Below the pieces are notes generated by a model, which did no database searches, was not told the DNA's origin, and was given only the letters and a program-made list of their open reading frames with translations. A DNA stretch of 64,000 nt, taken from NCBI RefSeq assembly GCF_001194135.2, contig NC_069000.1, positions 8,345,880-8,409,879 on the forward strand. The letters run 5' to 3'. Positions 62,478-64,000 of the stretch are shown piece after piece. The stretch is from Octopus bimaculoides (lineage: Eukaryota). Position 1 is the stretch's first letter; every line of letters starts with the position of its first letter. The translations under genes were made by a program, and so were the position numbers.

Positions 62478-63731
62478 GAAGCATCAATTACACAAAAACA
62501 TGAAACAAAGCCAGTGACTTAAGAAATACAGAAATAGGAAGTTGTGATGTTAGTACCTTTCCCAAGAACAATAACAGTGTAGATGAACCAGTGGAACTAA
62601 ATTGCAAAACCAGTTTGACAAAACATAACCGAGCATCACATCTCTCAACAAAATAAGAATGGTTTCTTTCTGGTGTCTTGAAAGCATGCTTAGATGAACA
62701 GTTGTAGAATGTAAGCTTTTTTTTTTCCATGAAAATTAAATAAAGTGAAGCAATTTCACAATTTGGAATCAATGATAAGGATTTCTTATATTGGCCATTT
62801 AGTCAACTCAGTAACAACATCTCAAAAGACTTACTTTGTTTTATCCAAAAACAATGCAATAAAGCGCAAACATGAATACTTTAAACACGATNNNNNNNNN
62901 NNNNNNNNNNNNNNNNNNNNNNNNNNNNNNNNNNNNNNNNNNNNNNNNNNNNNNNNNNNNNNNNNNNNNNNNNNNNNNNNNNNNNNNNNNNNNNNNNNNN
63001 NNNNNNNNNNNNNNNNNNNNNNNNNNNNNNNNNNNNNNNNNNNNNNNNNNNNNNNNNNNNNNNNNNNNNNNNNNNNNNNNNNNNNNNNNNNNNNNNNNNN
63101 NNNNNNNNNNNNNNNNNNNNNNNNNNNNNNNNNNNNNNNNNNNNNNNNNNNNNNNNNNNNNNNNNNNNNNNNNNNNNNNNNNNNNNNNNNNNNNNNNNNN
63201 NNNNNNNNNNNNNNNNNNNNNNNNNNNNNNNNNNNNNNNNNNNNNNNNNNNNNNNNNNNNNNNNNNNCTAAAAAAGAATGTTTAAATTCTGAACAGATAG
63301 AAACAGTGATGCAAAAAAAGAGGAAAGATCATTGACAACAGAAACTTAATGAATGCAATAAAAACAAATATCAAATTAAGTACAAATGATAGTGATCGGT
63401 CACATGCACGATATCGCTGACAGTGAAACTACTACATAAAAGAGAGAACAAAGGATGCAGTGCCAGGCTCAAAATGAGTTTTTTTTTTTTTTTTTGGTGG
63501 GGGTTGCGAGGAATATTCAAAATTGGCTGAAAGGATGGGATATTTTCATTGATCTTTTTTTTTTTTTTTTCCCTTTAACCTACACAGTGTCTCAGAGACA
63601 GCAGGGGTGATGGAGGTGCTACCGGTGTCCAGACGCCCTAGAGCATAACCTTCATTAGTTGTCTCTTTCTTCAGTTGTTTCTCACGCATATGCTGTCGTA
63701 ATGTCAGCAGGAACACAAGTGTATACAGAAT
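2440..63731 (-). CDS. PIEZO: Piezo-type mechanosensitive ion channel, partial spliced CDS (39 exons, about 1812 codons; both termini outside window)
   Basis: Hand-spliced GT-AG exons with consistent phases sum to 5438 nt (phase 0 in, phase 2 out). Piezo hallmark motifs: SGDYYLFE latch, [18 protein letters not shown] anchor, KYGVGGL outer helix, [19 protein letters not shown] cap, [15 protein letters not shown]. Confidence 0.97.
2909..3150 (+). mobile_element. SINE family D (tRNA-like head ggagggcgcatggctcagtggt)
   Basis: A and B box-like head and gatggactggcatcc core; related copies at about 17470-17720 (-), 22170-22440 (+) and 23540-23870 (-). Confidence 0.65.
3334..3410 (-). CDS. PIEZO: PIEZO cap exon [25 protein letters not shown](K)
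   Basis: IP.LFP-like motif; canonical splice sites; phase 2-1. Confidence 0.9.
3551..3830. mobile_element. hAT (Charlie-like) MITE
   Basis: TIRs cagtggttcctaaa and tttgggaacctctg; 8-bp flanks aactagac and gactaggc (CTAG-centred, 6 of 8 identical). Confidence 0.7.
5849..5968 (-). CDS. PIEZO: PIEZO cap exon [39 protein letters not shown](V)
   Basis: ttttctctcttcag acceptor, gtaagt donor; phase 2-2. Confidence 0.9.
6259..6528. mobile_element. MITE-like element with about 30-bp TIRs
   Basis: attgttatatttcaggatggtcattttttt versus aaaaaaatgaccattctgaaatataacaat; a reverse-oriented partial copy lies at about 20995-21128. Confidence 0.6.
6615..6784 (-). CDS. PIEZO: PIEZO cap exon [56 protein letters not shown](R)
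   Basis: W.ISPPS cap motif; absent from the ORF track. Confidence 0.95.
7181..7275. repeat. Inverted repeat, 39-bp arms, 17-nt loop, TA at both ends
   Basis: 7181-7219 pairs with 7237-7275, 36 of 39 positions. Confidence 0.92.
7758..8907 (+). mobile_element. 5'-truncated R4/Dong-type non-LTR retrotransposon (C-terminal endonuclease end and 3' UTR), with an internal gap
   Basis: Translates to [10 protein letters not shown]...[gap]...[52 protein letters not shown] (stop 8808-8810); one in-frame stop upstream; flanked on both sides by (AAT)n. Confidence 0.75.
8998..9090 (-). CDS. PIEZO: PIEZO cap exon [31 protein letters not shown]
   Basis: PLF.M..QQ motif. Confidence 0.94.
9745..9930 (-). 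CDS. PIEZO: PIEZO outer-helix exon [62 protein letters not shown]
   Basis: KYG.GGL...IIWFPL motif. Confidence 0.97.
10390..10537 (-). CDS. PIEZO: PIEZO anchor exon [49 protein letters not shown]
   Basis: PFxxE(x6)W Piezo signature and EDIYANIF. Confidence 0.98.
11120..11278 (-). CDS. PIEZO: PIEZO exon [52 protein letters not shown](G)
   Basis: [13 protein letters not shown] hallmark motif. Confidence 0.97.
11425..11630 (+). mobile_element. Degraded RTE-like LINE fragment
   Basis: [28 protein letters not shown] resembles the LTYG.ESW...QASEM.FL post-RT region. Confidence 0.5.
11742..11908 (-). CDS. PIEZO: PIEZO exon [55 protein letters not shown](R)
   Basis: DRALFLRK...GK..FQ motif. Confidence 0.97.
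12380..12424 (-). CDS. PIEZO: PIEZO 45-nt exon [15 protein letters not shown]
   Basis: ggcag acceptor, gtaagt donor; phase 0-0; fills the gap between AFG and VP.PF as in other Piezos. Confidence 0.88.
14115..14268 (-). CDS. PIEZO: PIEZO exon [51 protein letters not shown]
   Basis: DVY..MF.CDF...FG.WAFG motif. Confidence 0.96.
15779..15802 (-). CDS. PIEZO: Candidate 24-nt in-frame PIEZO microexon (N)ILTVLET(R)
   Basis: ttttctttgcttttgctcttcag acceptor, AAG|gtaaga donor; phase 2-2; no stop codon. Confidence 0.65.
16924..17123 (-). CDS. PIEZO: PIEZO exon [66 protein letters not shown] (cytoplasmic loop)
   Basis: Open frame between tctcacag acceptor and gtaagg donor; phase 0-2 fits neighbours. 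Confidence 0.87.
17919..18017 (-). CDS. PIEZO: PIEZO exon [33 protein letters not shown]
   Basis: YGLW motif; gtgagt donor. Confidence 0.93.
18376..18564 (-). CDS. PIEZO: PIEZO exon [63 protein letters not shown]
   Basis: KYLFQF.FFPWN and PPRILG.EK motifs. Confidence 0.97.
19057..19315 (-). CDS. PIEZO: PIEZO exon [86 protein letters not shown]
   Basis: [20 protein letters not shown] hallmark motifs. Confidence 0.97.
19378..19806 (+). mobile_element. tRNA-derived SINE, family B, near full length
   Basis: A-box-like ggctgtgtggt, B-box-like gggttcagtcc, internal (TA)/(TG) tract, aaaagagt-repeat tail. Homologous copies at about 43418-43858 (+), 13400-13945 (-), 27430-27545 (+), 37490-37630 (-), 41560-41680 (-), 42620-42880 (-), 57110-57270 (+), 57440-57610 (-) and 59060-59180 (-). 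Confidence 0.75.
21124..21563. repeat. Degenerate minisatellite atatagcagt(a/t)atccaatat with variable (TA) spacers
   Basis: More than 10 recognisable units, ending in a pure (TA)n tract. Confidence 0.85.
21735..21809 (-). CDS. PIEZO: PIEZO exon [24 protein letters not shown](N), 75 nt
   Basis: tctcttgcag acceptor, gtaagt donor; phase 2-2. Confidence 0.8.
22600..22694 (-). CDS. PIEZO: PIEZO exon [31 protein letters not shown](I)
   Basis: Canonical splice sites; phase 0-2 fits neighbours. Confidence 0.82.
23110..23273 (-). CDS. PIEZO: PIEZO exon [54 protein letters not shown] (clasp region)
   Basis: SRNYR.V...L..E motif; gttagt donor. Confidence 0.9.
24009..24078 (-). CDS. PIEZO: PIEZO exon [23 protein letters not shown](E), 70 nt
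   Basis: tttcatttcag acceptor, AAG|gtttgt donor; phase 0-1 fits neighbours. Confidence 0.8.
24340..24549. mobile_element. piggyBac-like MITE with TTAA target duplication
   Basis: ttaa|ccatttagcatt...aatgctaaaggg|ttaa; related copies at about 9424-9614, 34586-34760, 41965-42080, 44516-44736 and 55108-55310. Confidence 0.75.
24631..24735 (-). CDS. PIEZO: PIEZO exon [35 protein letters not shown]
   Basis: Continues GPLQLL as in invertebrate Piezos; gtaagt donor; a second in-frame donor lies inside the exon. Confidence 0.88.
25057..25199 (-). CDS. PIEZO: PIEZO exon (A)[47 protein letters not shown] (latch)
   Basis: SGDYYLFE latch motif. Confidence 0.96.
25517..25677 (-). CDS. PIEZO: PIEZO exon [53 protein letters not shown] (beam)
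   Basis: ASRGA.L...IK.KM beam helix pattern. Confidence 0.95.
25890..26040 (-). CDS. PIEZO: PIEZO exon (E)[49 protein letters not shown](R) (beam start)
   Basis: [13 protein letters not shown] motif. Confidence 0.96.
27200..27293 (-). CDS. PIEZO: PIEZO exon [31 protein letters not shown]
   Basis: CV...CW..LF..C motif. Confidence 0.93.
27873..27930 (-). CDS. PIEZO: PIEZO exon [19 protein letters not shown], 58 nt
   Basis: tttacttag acceptor, CAG|gtaaga donor; supplies the required phase 2 to 0 bridge. Confidence 0.92.
28536..28721 (-). CDS. PIEZO: PIEZO exon [61 protein letters not shown](W)
   Basis: SYLD..K and GT.RI.IFGLGY motifs. Confidence 0.96.
28770..29320. repeat. GA-rich low-complexity tract
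   Basis: Read directly; gives spurious SL-rich ORFs. Confidence 0.9.
38102..38264 (-). CDS. PIEZO: PIEZO exon (A)[53 protein letters not shown](A)
   Basis: DF.LL...QW.VF and PVPDF motifs; gtaagt donor; followed by a 9.4-kb intron. Confidence 0.95.
39464..39556 (-). CDS. PIEZO: PIEZO exon (E)[30 protein letters not shown]
   Basis: YPW and WLFLP motifs. Confidence 0.95.
40017..40218 (-). CDS. PIEZO: PIEZO exon [67 protein letters not shown]
   Basis: Follows KFGLE as in known Piezos; canonical splice sites. Confidence 0.95.
40317..40567. mobile_element. Mariner-type MITE, 251 bp, 91-bp inverted arms, TA target duplication
   Basis: TA|ttgggttggtgcataattatt...aataattatgcaccaacccaa|TA; arms 82 of 91 identical; ends resemble Hsmar1/Made1 TIRs. 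Confidence 0.85.
40939..41139 (-). CDS. PIEZO: PIEZO exon [19 protein letters not shown]...[27 protein letters not shown]
   Basis: [14 protein letters not shown] Piezo motif. Confidence 0.97.
41752..41868 (-). CDS. PIEZO: PIEZO exon [39 protein letters not shown] (extracellular loop)
   Basis: W.GL.K motif; phase 0-0; canonical splice sites. Confidence 0.92.
42282..42455 (-). CDS. PIEZO: PIEZO exon [58 protein letters not shown]
   Basis: Transmembrane pair ending K..FQ and NCT; canonical splice sites. Confidence 0.93.
43029..43180 (-). CDS. PIEZO: PIEZO exon (H)[50 protein letters not shown]
   Basis: LWR..EIHI.K motif; gtaagt donor. Confidence 0.93.
43418..43858 (+). mobile_element. tRNA-derived SINE, family B copy with internal gap
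   Basis: Closely similar to the 19378-19806 copy. Confidence 0.75.
44177..44292 (-). CDS. PIEZO: PIEZO exon [38 protein letters not shown] (intracellular loop)
   Basis: tttttcttgtag acceptor, gttagt donor; phases match both neighbours. Confidence 0.85.
44516..44736. mobile_element. piggyBac-like MITE copy (opposite orientation to 24340)
   Basis: ttaa|ccctttagcatt...aatgccaaagag|ttaa. Confidence 0.75.
45394..45540 (-). CDS. PIEZO: PIEZO exon [48 protein letters not shown](L)
   Basis: LEDLGL and PTSFL...HYFH motifs; gtgagt donor. Confidence 0.95.
45612..45806. repeat. Minisatellite, 33-bp unit tttatatag(a/c)tcttatatgcatatatacaaact, about 6 copies
   Basis: Five full units at 45641-45805 plus a degenerate first unit. 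Confidence 0.92.
46286..46434 (-). CDS. PIEZO: PIEZO exon [49 protein letters not shown](M)
   Basis: YTYQF motif; tag acceptor, gtaagt donor; not found by the ORF track in this frame. Confidence 0.95.
47592..47731 (-). CDS. PIEZO: PIEZO exon [47 protein letters not shown]
   Basis: KYWI..CAGM motif; cag acceptor, gtaag donor. Confidence 0.95.
48069..48257 (+). mobile_element. RTE-like LINE reverse-transcriptase fragment
   Basis: [49 protein letters not shown] resembles the K(T)E...QVE.FKYLG RT region. Confidence 0.65.
48361..48420 (-). CDS. PIEZO: PIEZO exon [19 protein letters not shown](G), 60 nt
   Basis: ctctcttttag acceptor, G|gtatgt donor; phase 1-1 joins the GRYIW exon. Confidence 0.75.
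49270..50070. repeat. Compound (TA)/(TG)/(ATGA) microsatellite block enclosing a dispersed-repeat insert
   Basis: Read directly; source of several spurious ORFs. Confidence 0.85.
49567..49602 (-). ncRNA. Degenerate minimal type-I hammerhead-ribozyme-like motif
   Basis: cttt CTGTTGA A GAGC-gtag-GCTT GAAA C ATA aaaa; core order and 4-bp stem II are present, but several conserved positions deviate. Confidence 0.4.
50833..50962. mobile_element. pogo/Tigger-like micro-MITE with an (ATAG)n loop
   Basis: cagtagtacct...aggtactactg|ta; 49-bp imperfect inverted arms around a GATA repeat. Confidence 0.6.
51186..51485. repeat. Near-perfect inverted repeat, 148-bp arms, 4-nt loop
   Basis: 51186-51333 pairs with 51338-51485 with 2 differences. 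Confidence 0.97.
52341..52548. repeat. (TG)n microsatellites
   Basis: Read directly. Confidence 0.95.
53207..53275 (-). CDS. PIEZO: Candidate cassette exon of PIEZO, (S)[22 protein letters not shown], 69 nt, phase 1-1
   Basis: Donor CAAG|gtaagt; pyrimidine tract followed by an aag acceptor; open and frame-preserving; no homology support. Confidence 0.4.
55108..55310. mobile_element. piggyBac-like MITE copy, diverged
   Basis: TTAA on both sides; internal sequence homologous to the 44516 copy. Confidence 0.65.
55529..55701. repeat. Perfect inverted repeat, 79-bp arms, 15-nt loop
   Basis: 55529-55607 is the reverse complement of 55623-55701. Confidence 0.97.
55966..56207. repeat. Tandem repeat, 17-bp unit atagggacataacaaac, 14 identical copies
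   Basis: 238 bp = 14 x 17, plus a 4-nt partial unit. Confidence 0.95.
56570..56667. repeat. 45-bp direct tandem duplication (2 copies plus a partial)
   Basis: accgcaaacccatacataaggcttttccttcctgttgttttgact occurs twice. Confidence 0.92.
57805..57920. repeat. Inverted repeat, 56-bp arms, 4-nt loop
   Basis: 57805-57860 pairs with 57865-57920 with 3 differences. Confidence 0.95.
58912..59007. repeat. Tandem repeat, 12-bp unit tggccagccaga, 8 copies, inside an (AGAC)n-rich tract
   Basis: Counted directly. Confidence 0.92.
63584..63731 (-). CDS. PIEZO: PIEZO exon [49 protein letters not shown]
   Basis: Polypyrimidine-cag acceptor; resembles the Piezo LYTLTFWLLLRQ helix. Donor T|gtaggt gives phase 1, which fits the next exon; an alternative AG|gttaaa at 63580 does not fit. 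Confidence 0.88.
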
Positions 63732-63848
63732 CTGCCCAACAGAAAGAGAAAAAAAAAGGAGACCAAATTTTTATACACAATCACAAAATAAGATTATTCT
63801 TCAGGAAGTTACATTTAAATATGGAGAAATGTTTCACCAGGCTTACTG

Positions 63849-63914
63849 GAGAGAGAAAGAGAAAGAGAGAGGGAGAAAGAGAGAGGGAGAGAGAGAGAGG
63901 GAGAGAGAGACAGG

Positions 63915-64000
<86 letters not shown>
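63849..64000. repeat. (GA)n microsatellite running to the window end
   Basis: Read directly. Confidence 0.95.

Overview
AT-rich animal genomic DNA with 8 assembly gaps. The SINE, MITE and microsatellite landscape looks like a cephalopod (Octopus-type) genome; that is an inference, not a database match. The whole window lies inside one minus-strand PIEZO mechanosensitive-channel gene. I traced 39 GT-AG exons by hand from 63731 down to 2440. They join in one continuous frame (5438 nt, about 1812 codons) covering the blade repeats, beam, latch, anchor (PFxxE...W motif), outer helix and cap. The N-terminal exons and the last exon(s) (inner helix and C-terminal domain) lie outside the window. Most ORF-track entries are microsatellite, gap or repeat artefacts. 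The main second-look signals are: (1) an in-frame 24-nt microexon with UGC motifs at its acceptor, plus other candidate alternative splice events; (2) a very short beam-to-latch linker resembling plug-less Piezo isoforms; (3) a 15-kb intron carrying several long near-perfect fold-back hairpins, two built the same way between (TA)n tracts; (4) decayed minimal hammerhead-ribozyme-like motifs of the Penelope-element type. I found no evidence for a CRISPR array or a prokaryotic operon.
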